Shown: piece after piece, positions 39,750-51,255 of the stretch
Layout of the letters: the number at the start of each line of letters is the position of its first letter
How positions within the stretch are numbered: position 1 is the stretch's first letter
Origin: Raja brachyura
Taxonomy: Eukaryota
Assembly (NCBI GenBank): GCA_963514005.1
Contig: OY740782.1
Coordinates: 150,908,001 to 150,972,000 of the forward strand
Reading direction: 5' to 3'
Length of the DNA stretch: 64,000 bases
Position numbers and translations under genes: made by a program
Notes under the pieces: generated by a model
What the model saw: only the letters and a program-made list of their open reading frames with translations
Told to the model about the DNA's origin: nothing
The model's database searches: none

Positions 39750-41842
39750 TTGAGGGTATGAGACGGGAATTGACAACAGACAATAGACAATAGGTGCAGG
39801 AGTAGGCCATTTGGCCCTTCGAGCCAGCACCGTCATTCAATGTGATCATGGCTGATCTATTGGCTAGGATAGACTGGCAAATTATACTTAAAGTGTTGAT
39901 GGTGGAGATGCAATCGCAAATATTTAAAGACCGCATGGATGAACTCCAACATGTGTTCATCCCTGTCTAGAGAAGGAAATATGGGGAAGGCGGCTCAACG
40001 TGACTAACAAGGGAAATCAAGGATAGTGTTAAATCCAAGGAAGAGGTTATATAAATTGGCCAGAGGGCTGGGAGAAATTTAAAACTCAACAGGGGAGGAA
40101 AATCAAAACTGACTGCAGTAGCTTCTTTAGATATGTAAAAAGGAAAAGATCAGTGAAGAAAATTTAGGTCACTTACAATCAGAGACAGGTGAATTTCTAA
40201 TGGAAAGCAAGGAAATGGCACAACAGTTAAACGAGTACGTTGGTTCAGTATTTACTAAGGAGGACACAAACAATCTCCCAGATATACTTGGGGACCGAGG
40301 ATTTAGTGGGAGGGAGGAACTGAAGGGAATGCACGTTAGCCAGGAAATGGTGTTATGTAAACTGTTGGGACTGAAGGCAGATAAATCCCCAGGACCTGAT
40401 GGTCTGCATCCCAGAGTACTCAAGGAGGTTGCCCTAGAAATCGTGAATGCATTAGTTATCATTTTTCAATATTCTCTCGACTGGATACATTCCTGTATAC
40501 TGGAGGGTAACCGTTGTAACTCTACTTTTTAAGAAAGGAGGGAGAGCGAAAACGGGGAATTAGAGACCAGTTATCCTTACATCGGTGCTGGGGAAGATGC
40601 TGGAGTTGATTATTAAAGATGTTGCAGCGGCGCATTTGGAAAGCAATGACAGCATTGGTCAAAGTCAGCATGGCTTTATGAAGGAAAATCATGCTTGATT
40701 AATCTTCTGGAATTTTTTGAGGATGTAACAAGTAGAATGGATAAGGGAGAGCCAGTGGATGTGGTGTATCCGGATTTTCAAAAAATCTTTGACAAGGTCC
40801 CACACAAGGGATTAGTGTGCAAAGTTAGATCACATGGTATTGGGGAAGGGTATTGACATGGATAGAGAACTGGTTAGCAGACAGGAAGCAAAGAATAGGC
40901 ATTAACTGGTCCTTTTCCAAATGCCAGGCTGTGACAAATGATGTGCGTCAAGGCTCGGTGCTGGGACCTCAGTTATTTACAATATTTATTAACGATTTAG
41001 ACGAGGGAATTAAATGTGTAATTTCCAAGTTAAGTTTACGGATGACACAAAGCTGGGTGGCAGTGGGAGCTGCGATGAGGATGCTATGAGTCTGCAAGGT
41101 GACTTAAAATAAGACAGATGGATGCAGTATAATGTGGATACATGTGAGGTTACCCACTTCGGTAGCAAGAACAGGAGGCAGTTTATTATCTGAATGGTGT
41201 CAGATTTGGAAAAGGGGAGATGCAACGAGACCTGGGTGTGCTTGTACATCAGTCACTGACAGTAAGCATGCAGGTATGACAGGCAGGGAAGAAATCTAAT
41301 GGCACATTGGCCTTCATTGCGAGAGGATTTGAGTTTCGGAGCAAGGTGGTCCTACTGGCAGTTGTACAGGGCTCAGGTGAGACCGCACCTGGAATATTGT
41401 GTGCAATTTTGGTCTCCAAATTTCAGGAAGGACATTATTGCTATTGAGGGAGTGCAGCGTAGGTTCACCAGGTCAATTCCCGGGATGGCGGGACTGAGAG
41501 GCTAGATGCTAGTTGGGGGAGTCCAGAACCAGGGGTCACAGTTTAAGAATAAGGGATAGGCCATGTAGGACTGAGATGAGGATAAAAAAAATCATCCAGA
41601 GAGTTGTGAATCTGTGGAAGTCTCTGCCACAGAACGCAGCGGAGGCCAATTCACTGGATCTTTTCAAGAGAGAGTTAAATTTAGCTCTTAGGACTAATGG
41701 AATCAAGGAATATGGGGAAAAAGCATTACGGGGTACTGAATTTAGATGATCAGCCACGATTATGTTGAAAGGTGGTTCCTGTTCGAAGGGCCAAATGGCC
41801 TACTCCTGCACATATTTTTTCTTTGTTTCCTCTATGTTTCTA
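39750..41842 (+). mobile_element. Degenerate CR1 LINE ORF2 and 3' UTR
   Basis: [36 protein letters not shown]; other CR1 tail fragments at 39318-39575 and 39775-39858. Confidence 0.9.
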
Positions 41843-42079
41843 ACACATGACGCGTCAAGTATCAAGAATGTATAATTTTCATAAATGCCGAGAGCCGAAC
41901 AATTAGATTCTTACTTGGGCCTGGACGTACATGGCAGTGGATCGTGCTTGATGTATGTGACATGGCCGGCCGAAGGGGGGTTGCGTTGGGTACGGACGCA
42001 CCCCCCCCCCCCTTTTTTCCAGAATAAAAACAAATTGAGCCGCGGGATGATTTGAAAACAAATATTCTCGACCTGCGCA

Positions 42080-42860
42080 GTTGGGGGGAAGCTGGTGACG
42101 CGCCGTCTCTCCGCGCGTGCGCAGTGGGCGGCATTAGACGCCGCCATTTTAAATGCCTCGCCTCGACTCGACGCCCCGGGCCTAGTTTGGGTGAGTAAAA
42201 TATTGGGCCGTGAAATATTGTGTTACGTTGTGTTACGGGAGAGGGAAGCCGTTTGTTTTTTTATCGGGTGTTTTAAACTCCCCGCGAATGGTCCAATCCG
42301 ACCCGCGGGATGATTTGGGACAAAAAGGAGTGGCCGCTTCTCCGTTGCGGTGTCTCCCAGCGCGGGGCATCGATCGCCTCCATCCATCCATCCATCCATC
42401 CGCGGCGTCGGAGCCTGAGCCTCGCCCCCCGCCGGCCATGGAGAGGGGCCGCTGCCGGCGGGCGGGCGGGCGGTCCGTTCTCCCGTCACCGGGTGGGAAG
42501 CGGGAAGGACTGACTGACTGAACACTGCTGGCAGCGGCAGTGACCCGTCACCAGGCGCCTCTTCGGCCGCTCCCTCGCCCCCCTCCCCCTCCCCCTCCCC
42601 GCCGCGGGCCCTCGCTTTGGGCTTTGGGCGGCGGAGGCTGGAGTGCGGGGTGACCGAGGGTCGGAGCGAATGTCGGGCCTCGCCCAACAGCAGCAGCAGC
42701 GGCGGCCCCGCGCGCCCCCATAGCGGTCGCTATGTGCCACTCCGGAGGGGAGGCGGTGGCGAAGAGTTCCCAACTAAGTGCCGCCGCAAAGGGGGAGGGA
42801 GGGAGGCAGGGACGGCCAAGGCAGCGGGGACATGATGCCGGTGTTGTCCAAGGAGCGCTG
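42080..42860 (+). promoter_or_regulatory. CpG island with promoter-like motifs (NRF1-like, YY1, splice donor)
   Basis: Undepleted CpG; GCGCGTGCGCA 42113-42123; GCCGCCATTTT 42140-42150; GG|GTGAGT 42191. Confidence 0.55.
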
Positions 42861-42892
42861 ACCTTCCTTCCTCCCCACCTCCTCTGCCCCTT

Positions 42893-42933
<41 letters not shown>

Positions 42934-43069
42934 CGCCCTCCACCCCCGTTATCCTGGGACCCCGACTCTCACGTCACTTATTCCTTTGCTCCCGAGATGC
43001 TGCCTGACCCGCTGATGCCAATTCCCGCCTCGATTCAGTCCTCACTGACATCCCCTGTGCCCCCCCCCC

Positions 43070-43480
43070 CCCCATCTATACATCCTGCACTGATCTCCCT
43101 ATCCACCTCACATTGATTCTCCTGCCATCCCCCATCCATCCCACAATGGACCCCCAATTCATCCTGCACTGACCCCCTTTCCCATCCATCCTGCACTGCT
43201 TACCCCCTTTCCCATCCATCCTGCACTGCTTACCCCATTCGTCCTGTAATGACCCCCCCTCCATTATCCTGCACTGATCTCCCAATCCATCCTGTACTGA
43301 CCCCCCCCCCCTCCATTTATCCTGCACTGATCTCCCAATCTATCCTGTAAATAACTACCCATTCATCCTGCACTGATCTCCCCATTAATCCTGTACTGAT
43401 ACTCCCTTCGATCCTGCACTGACCCCCCCCCCCATCCATCCTGTACTGATTCTTCCCTCCCAATCCATCCCGTTCTGATC
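43070..43480. repeat. Degenerate minisatellite (CCATCCATCCTGCACTGA-like core)
   Basis: More than 10 imperfect copies. Confidence 0.85.
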
Positions 43481-44734
43481 GCCACTGAAATCCCCCGCGC
43501 CTCCTCCCCTCACAATTTTACCTAATCCAACTGACATGCACTAATTCCCCTGCCTCAATCCATCCATTCCGCACCGTTTGTGGAATTATCTGCGTCAGAG
43601 GGCGGTGGAGGCAGGTTCCCTGGATGCTTTCAAGAGAGAGCTAGATAGGGTTCTTAAAAATAGCAGAATCAGTGGATAGTGGGAGAAGGCAGGGACGGGA
43701 TACTGATTGGGGATGATCAGCCATGATCACATTGAATGGCAGTGCTGGCTCGAAGGGCCTAATGGCCCACTCCTGCACCTATTGTCTATTGATTGCCCTC
43801 TCAACCCCCCGCTATCTATCCATCCTGCTTTGATTCACCCACCCACCGACCCTACGGCGCTGGAAATGTCTTCAGAGCGAACATTGACTATGTTTGATAG
43901 CGGAATACAATCAAGTGTGTTTTAATTCCCAATGTTATTATTTGATTTAATCTATTAAGATGGATTATTAAATTGTGAACACGTGAAACATTAAAACCGC
44001 AGTGTTCGATTGTCACAGCTACCGTTGACACGTTATTACGGAATTCATTTTAACAGCAAATCAGTGCTCTTAATATGGAGTATCAGTGCTGTAGTTATTT
44101 ATTGAGCAACATTTACAACTATACGTTGGATTTATCCAGGTTTAACTTCTACAGTTGGTCATATACATCATGAATTTGGTCAGGAAATATTTCAATTGAA
44201 TATTCCAAAATCCAGGGGCGACATGGGAGTCAAATATGTATATTATATATTTGTATGTTATGGAATCAAAATCAAGAATTATAAATTCACATTTCAAAAA
44301 TGGTTTCACAATTCAGTAGTACTGATTTACAGTATTCCATAATGATATTTGAGAATACATGAGGTTGCATGCAAACCACTGATTTTCAAAAATCTAGTTT
44401 CTATGTAGTACGTTCCATTGCATTTAAGTGAGAAATACAGATTTACCCAACAAAATACTGATTTTCAGCCATCAAAATATGGAATTTCTCGGTGAAACTT
44501 AGCAGCTCTGCAATTATTAATCTTGACTCCACCAAAATTATTTCTGAAATATTGGTCATAAATTTGGTGCAAAAATACTCCAAAATAAGGCTCAGAGTGC
44601 AACAGATATCATCTAAAACCCCGGCCGCGAGGGCCTTCACGCTCGTGATGTGCGCTGTATGCACGTTACTGAACATAAATTTTTTGTAACCCTGTCATGG
44701 CACCCCCCTTTTTGAAAAGCTTCGTACGGGCCTG

Positions 44735-44945
44735 AATGTGTGCTACTATGTGTGTGCGCGTATGTGTCTGAGTGTGCGTACGTGTGCGTGCGTACGTGTG
44801 TGTGTGACTGAGTATGTGTGTGTGTTTGTGAATGCGAGTGTGTGTGTGCGCTGCTATGTGTGAGCGTGTGTATGCGTGCGTACGTGAGTGTATGTGTTAG
44901 TTTGTGTGTGTGCGCGTGTGAGTGTGTATGCGTAAGTGTGTGTGT
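44735..44945. repeat. Degenerate (TG)n microsatellite
   Basis: Direct reading. Confidence 0.9.
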
Positions 44946-46962
44946 TAATAATGAAACACCTACAGTGGAGGTGTGGAAAGAACTCGATTCCTCCATTGAC
45001 CTCACGTGCTTAGACATTTCTTCAAGTGGAGATTCAAGTGGACAACAAAATAATATTCAAAGTGAATCTGTAATATAAAACCACATCATTTTATTTGAAC
45101 AAGATATGATAAAATAGACTCCCTCGGAGAATTCCTTTGATTCGCGCCAACGGCCAATATCGTTAAAACATATAATCGCCGTTGATAATTATATCTTCAT
45201 TGCCTTGTTTGTGTTGCTCTAAAAATGGCTGGAAGCAGAGATGAGCTGATTTAAATAAAGGCTGATTTCAACAGCCCCAGACCCAGGTTCGTTCACTGAA
45301 GGACAGAAACAGAATCAATGTTTCCCCAGAGGCGGAAAACAGATAAAGTGAGAAAGAAATGCAAATCTCCGAACAGATTACATCAGATACATTTATTTTA
45401 AATTGTCAACGTTCTCCCCTGTAAAAATAAGGTTGAAGTGCATATAGATGATGTTAGTCAATAATATTTTCTACAAAGCTAGGTTAACTGAGAACATGTA
45501 TCATATCCCTGTATTTACCAACAATGGCTGGGATCAATAACATTCTCTGCATACATATGAATGCTACACGTGACCAATTCACAGATGCCTAGAAAATACA
45601 ATGATGAATTAAAATTCAAGTCACAGAAGAATACTATGTTGGAACGCGGGAAACTTTAATTGCCCGCATGCACCTTAAATGTTCGACACTCCTCGTGTTT
45701 TCCTCACAAATTGGTTAACTACTGTTTTTATCTATCTCCTCAGACAACTCTAGTGGATTCTTCTTCAGATATCTCTATTAGATTTTTCGACACCATCCGC
45801 CCAACCAGTGCAGTCTGAATCATTGAAACACTATCCAACAAATATGCTCATTGATTGATTGGTTAGAATGTGCCTTCATTCAACTTTGCTCTTTGGAAGC
45901 AGCATCTGAACATCAACACCGCATGAATCATCACTAATGCCGATAATTTCTCCAATCACTGCACCGATCTACAATTCCCCTCCTGCACTATGCCATCCAT
46001 GAATTTCCTTCCGATCTCTTAATGACATTTTAATAGAATTTTGTGTTTGCTTTGTATCTATTTCCTCTACTGCCTTTTATGTAACAACTCTCAGTATTAA
46101 CATTTTATCTGTAGGGCTGTGTGGTGACCACACATTTCACTGTACCAACTGGGACATAGAAACATAGAAAATAGGTGCAGGAGGAGGCCATTTGGTCCTT
46201 CTAGCCAGCACCGCCATTCACTGTGATCATGGCTGATTGTCCCCTAGCAATAACCCGTGCCTGCCTTCTCCCCATATTCCATGATTCCACTAGCCCCTTC
46301 CTCGAGCTCTATCTAAATCTCTCTTAAATCCATCCAGTGATTTGGCCTCCACTGCCCTCTGTGGCAGGGAATTCCATAAATTCACAACTCTCTGGGTGAA
46401 AAGGTTTTTTCTCACCTCAGTCTTAAATGACCTCCCCTTTATTCTAAGACTGCGGCCCCTGGTTCTGGACTCGCCCAACATTGGGAACATTTTTCCTGCG
46501 CCTACCTTGTCCAGTCCTTTTATAATTTTATATGTTTCTATAAGATCTCCACTCATCCTTCTAAACTCCAGTGAATACAAGCCTAGTCTTTTCAATCTTT
46601 CCTCTTATGACAGTCCCACCATCCCAGGGATCAATCTCGTGAACCTACGCTGCACTGCCTCAATCACAAGGATGTCCTTCCTCAAATTAGGAGACCAAAA
46701 CTGTACACAATACTCCAGATGTGGTCTCACCAGAGCCCTATACAACTGCAGAAGAACCTCTTTACTCCTATACTGAACTCCTCTTGTTATGAAGGCCAAT
46801 ATTCCATTAGCTTTCTTCACTGCCTGCTGTACCTGCATGCCAACTTTCAGTGACTGGTGTACAAGGACACCCAGGTCTCGCTGCACCTCCCCCTTACCTA
46901 ACCTAACCCCATTGAGATAATTATCTGCCCCCTTGTTTTTGCCGCCAAAGTGGATAACCTCA

Positions 46963-47516
46963 AGCGGAGGCTGGGCGATCGTTTCGCCGAACACCTCCGC
47001 TCGGTCCGCAATAACCAACCCGACCTCCCGGTGGCTCAGCACTTCAACTCCCCCTCCCACTGCGTATCCGACCTCTCGGTCCTGGGCCTCCTCCACGGCC
47101 AGAGTGATCAACACCGCAAGTTGGAGGAACAGCACCTCATATTCCGCTTGGGGAGTCTGCATCCTCTGGGCTTTAACATTGAATTTTCTCAATTCTGTTC
47201 ACCCAGACTGCCTCTCCCTCAGCCCTCTGGCCCTGACATTCCTTCTCCATCTCCCCCCCCCCCCCCCCCCCCCAGTCGCACTAGCTTCTCATTTTCACAC
47301 CACAAACAGCTTACAATGGCCTGCTTCCTTCATCACCAATACTTTTTTGCATATCTTTCACTCATTGTTCCTTATCTCTCCACATCACTGTTTATATCTC
47401 TCGTTTCCCTGATCCCTGACCAGTCTGAAGAAGGGTCTCGACCCGAAACGTCGCCTATCTCCTTCGCTCCTTAGATGCTGCTGCACCCGCTGAGTTTCTC
47501 CAGCTTTTTGTGTAAC
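46963..47516 (+). mobile_element. Penelope-like element 3' end (GIY-YIG endonuclease C-terminus plus pLTR)
   Basis: KRRLGDRFAEHLRSV...PVAQHFNSPSH...RKLEEQHLIFRLGSLHPLGFNIEF; CR1 sequence GGATAACCTCA|CATTTATC resumes after the insert. Confidence 0.9.
47421..47456 (+). ncRNA. Minimal type I hammerhead ribozyme motif of the Penelope pLTR
   Basis: CTGAAGA 47425-47431, stem II GGGTC-tc-GACCC, GAAAC-GTC with palindromic ACGT stem III; stem I is short. Confidence 0.65.
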
Positions 47517-48249
47517 CCTCACATTTATCTATATTGTACTTCATCTGCCAAGCATCTGCCCACTCATTCAACCTGTCCACATCACCCTGCAACCTCCGAA
47601 CATCCTCTTCACAGTTCACACTGCCGTCCAGCTTTGTGTCATCCACAAACTTGCTAGTGTTGCTCCTAATTCCCTCTTCCAACTCATTAATATATATGGT
47701 AAACAGTTGCGGCTCCAACACCGAGCCTTGCGGCACTCCACTCGCCACTGCCTGCTATTCTGCAAGGGACCCGTTCACTCCTACTCTTTACTTCCGGTCT
47801 GCCAACCAATTTTCTATCCATGTCAACACCCTACCCCTAATACCATGTGCTCTAATTTTAGTCACCAGTCTCCCGTGTGGGACCTTATCAACGGCTTTCT
47901 GAAAGTCCAGATACACTATATCCACTGGCACCCCTTCATCCATTTTACTTGTCACATCCTCAAAAAATTCCAGAAGATTAGTCAAGCATGATCTCCCTTT
48001 CATAAATCCATGTTGACTTGGATTAATCCTTTTATTGCTATCCAAATGCCCCATTATTACCTCTTTAATAATTGACTCCAGCATCTTTCCCACCACTGAA
48101 GTCAGGCTAACTGATCTGTAATTCCCTCTCTCTCGCACCTTTCTTGAAAAGTGGGACAACATTAGCTATCCTCCAATCCACTGGAACTCCCCCTGAATCT
48201 ATTGAACATTGGGAAATGTGACAAATAAATGTATCTTGATATTGGAATG

Positions 48250-48425
48250 TTTAGGAAAGAACTGCAGATGCTGCTTCCAATGGAAGCTAGACACAAAATC
48301 CTGGAGTAACTCAGCGGGACAGGCAGCATCTCTGGAGGTCTGAAGAAGAGTCTCGACCCAAAACGTCACACACTCCTTGTCTCCTGTCCCGCTGAGTTTC
48401 TCCAGCATTTTGTGTCTACCCAACA
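48250..48425. mobile_element. Foldback Penelope-pLTR-derived short element with a mutated hammerhead core; related pieces at about 51665-51760 and 57345-57900
   Basis: Inverted arms AGACACAAAAT.CTGGAG.AACTCAGCGGGACAGG / CCTGTCCCGCTGAGTT.CTCCAG.ATTTTGTGTCT around CTGAAGAAGAGTCTCGACCCAAAACGTC. Confidence 0.7.
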
Positions 48426-48619
48426 ATGAAGGCAGGTCTGTCTGTCTGTCTTTCTTGTTCAAATATTTTTTCTCACCTCTCCTCTCTCTCCCTCTCACAC
48501 ACGCAAGCACACGCACACCCAGACGCATTTTAATATAAATTTGAGGAATTCCGAACATATTTTAAGAAAAACCTGCATTATCTTTCCACCATCTTATTTA
48601 CAACTATACCATGAGTTTA

Positions 48620-48897
48620 TATTGTGTAAGGGGCGGAAAAGCACGCTGTTTTATTCACCTCTTGTGCATCTGTATCAGTTAATAGATGTGAAAGCGTGAG
48701 TCCATCTTGCTGTTGAGTTGGGAGCCGTGTCTCAGTTCCGCCCGCTGCACCTCTCGGTTTACAAGTCCCGCCCAAAGCCGCACCCTCTTTTGCCGGGTAT
48801 TTAATCCTCTCTAAGATGGTCCGAAGTCCAACTTCCTTGCAGTTGGTTTGTTGCGAGGTTCTGTACAGAAACAAACCAGGTCACACTTCCCAGCGGG
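48620..48897 (+). promoter_or_regulatory. Putative VH promoter (GC boxes, TATA-like TATTTAAT 48798-48805, no octamer seen)
   Basis: Position upstream of the leader ATG; GGGGCGG at about 48630, CCGCCC at about 48738 and 48767. Confidence 0.55.
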
Positions 48898-48943
48898 ATG
48901 AGGTCGGCGGTTTCACTGAGCCTGTTCCTGGCGCTAATAGTCC
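48898..48943 (+). CDS. IGHV: IgH V leader exon (MRSAVSLSLFLALIV-)
   Basis: ATG 48898, hydrophobic signal peptide, phase-1 donor C|GTGAGT; 175-bp intron. Confidence 0.93.
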
Positions 48944-49118
48944 GTGAGTAATGAGTTGGACAAATTCCTCACGCAAGTTTCTCAGTGGTATATCCACTAC
49001 ACCGTTCCCCTTCTACCCACTCTAGAACCCTCCCAATTTATTTCCTATTGATAATTAGAGTCAGGGGATTCATGGCCAATAATTTATTCTCACCATTCAC
49101 GCCTTTTTTAACTTGCAG

Positions 49119-49422
49119 GTGTTCATTCCGATGTCGTTCTAACTCAGCCCAAGACAGGGACCGCCGTTCCTGGAGGCTCCATCACACTGACCTGTAAAAC
49201 CAGCGGGTTCACTCTTAGCAGCTACTGGATGACTTTGGTCCGTCAGGTCCCTGGGCAGGGGCTGGAGTGGCTGTTTGCCTACCGCGCTACTTCCACCAGC
49301 TACTACGCTCCGGGGATAGAGAGTCGATTTACTCCGTCCACAGACGATTCGAACAATATGTTCACCGTGATCGCCAGGAACCTGAGGATCGAAGACACCG
49401 CTGTCTATTACTGTGCGAGAGA
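49119..49422 (+). CDS. IGHV: IgM VH exon ([51 protein letters not shown]...[10 protein letters not shown])
   Basis: TTGCAG| acceptor, open frame, both canonical Cys, GQGLEW and YYCAR motifs. Confidence 0.97.
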
Positions 49423-49461
49423 CACAGTGTGAGGATTCAGTGTCAGACCCATACAAGAACG
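49423..49461 (+). other. V 3' RSS, 23-bp spacer
   Basis: CACAGTG-23-ACAAGAACG. Confidence 0.93.
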
Positions 49462-49809
49462 GCACGTTGGGAAGTCCATCTTTTACCATTAAAGATGAGA
49501 GGTGAGCAATTAGTTCAACAGCTATAATGATAATCGGGAAATGGAGCTCAAAGTACCATTCACAAATCCAACACAATATTCAAAAATGTAACCAGCGCAT
49601 TCATGTGAGGTTTTGTATTCGCTTCACGCATACCGATAGCGTTGGGCAAAATCATAGACCAGGAAAATATGCTCATTCCATTAGGCAAGTGAGATGAAGG
49701 GGGATTGTTGGTGTTGTGTACATTTACTGTGTTCTCTGTGAATTGCTGGACCATTTTAAATCGTGTCGAAGGCCGTTTCAAATGAAACCTGAGTGTGAAC
49801 TGTATGGGA

Positions 49810-49887
49810 GGTTTTTGTGCGGGTCTGTCTCACTGTGTATACAGTGGGTCACGGTGCTGCATACAGCGACTTCCCCGTACAAAAACC
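49810..49887 (+). other. IGHD: D1 segment TATACAGTGGGT (49838-49849) with 5' 12-RSS and 3' 22-RSS
   Basis: GGTTTTTGT-12-CACTGTG | D | CACGGTG-22-ACAAAAACC. Confidence 0.95.
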
Positions 49888-50124
49888 CCCACACCTAGTT
49901 TTCTCCTGTTCGAACCCACAAGCACCGTAGGAGAGGCCGAGTGAAGCAAATTCAAATTCAAAAGCAATGGATTGTTTTGAGAAATGTCCAACTGTCTTCC
50001 GAGCAATTCACGTTATTTTATATGAGCTTTAGAAGAACACCGTATAGCTTTATACGTGACAGCCAAGAGTACCCTGGAGACATATCCTCTGTGAGCAGTA
50101 CATGCATCAGTTCTTGAAGAGCGA

Positions 50125-50191
50125 AGTATTTGACATGACATGTTTCACTGTGTATATGGATGGCACAGCGGTTCCTACCAATACAAAAACA
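50125..50191 (+). other. IGHD: D2 segment TATATGGATGG (50153-50163) with 12/12 RSS
   Basis: AGTATTTGA-12-CACTGTG | D | CACAGCG-12-ACAAAAACA. Confidence 0.9.
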
Positions 50192-50519
50192 TCCACAACC
50201 CATAATAATGTGATCTGGGCTTGTATATGATATTTTCAATTCAATATTTCATACAACAGGACCATAAACATGTCCAGGAATATTTTCGCACATTTTATTG
50301 TATAGGTAACTTGAGGTAATTTATATTTTATATGTAGATGATTCTTATCACATTTCGCTGCCCTGTTTAATACACGGCGCCGTGTTACCTGATTATTGTT
50401 GGAAATGATTTTTTTAACGCATTCATTGTTTTCAAAGAGCAATAAGGCATTCGCCTTAGATGTGAAATACGAATAATTTACAGGATTTTTGTTCTTTTTT
50501 GCCTGCCTGGTGCAGATCA

Positions 50520-50558
50520 TGTTATTGTGTGAAGAGACCCATAGAATGTAACACCGTG
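50520..50558 (+). other. J 5' RSS, 23-bp spacer
   Basis: TGTTATTGT-23-CACCGTG. Confidence 0.9.
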
Positions 50559-50606
50559 ACTATCTTGACTACTGGGGAGGAGGCACCATGGTGACGGTAA
50601 CCAGCG
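50559..50606 (+). CDS. IGHJ: JH segment (YLDYWGGGTMVTVTS)
   Basis: WGxG motif; phase-1 donor G|GTAAG. Confidence 0.97.
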
Positions 50607-50794
50607 GTAAGAAACTTCATCCTATTCAGTATCTAGATGTATCCAGTTGTAATTTTACTCGCTATTTCCAATAATTGTATTAAATTGTTCTTCTGCATTA
50701 ATTACCCATTCATTGCAATGTTGGATCGATGTTGTGATTTAGAATGTTATGTGATTCCGCTCCAGTGAGATTCCCGATTTAAACTTGCCTTATG

Positions 50795-51255
50795 ACCTGG
50801 GATGGCATATGAAGAAAGACTGGATAGACACGGCTTGTACTCGCTGGAATTTAGAAGATTGAGGGGGGATCTTATAGAAACTTACAAAATTCTTCAGGGG
50901 TTGGACAGGCTAGATGCAGGAAGATTGTTCCGATGTTGGGGAAGTCCAGAACAAGGGGTCACAGTTTAAGGATAAGGGGAAAATCTTTTAGGACCGAGAT
51001 GAGAAAATCATTTTTCACACAGAGAGTGGTGAATCTGTGGAATTCTCTGCCACAGAAGATACTTGAGGCCAGTTCATTGGCTATATTTAGGAGGGAGTTA
51101 GATGTGGCCCTTGTGGCTAAAGGGATCAGTGGGTATGGAGAGAAGGCAGGTACAGGACACTGAGTTGGATGATCAGCCATGATCATATTGAACGGCAGTG
51201 CAGGCTCGAAGGGCCGAATGGCCTACTCCTGCACCTATTTTCTATGTTTCTATGT
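50795..51255 (+). mobile_element. CR1 3' end in the J-C intron
   Basis: ORF 50933-51163 plus 3' UTR. Confidence 0.9.

Larger units (their letters stand above)
46155..48212 (-). mobile_element. CR1 LINE RT and 3' UTR interrupted by a Penelope element
   Basis: ORFs 46290-46595, 47455-47748, 47788-48162. Confidence 0.93.

Noticed and set aside
42617-42835. SGRYVP motif reminiscent of the DDX3 N-terminus
   Set aside because: Too short, no further similarity and no supporting exons
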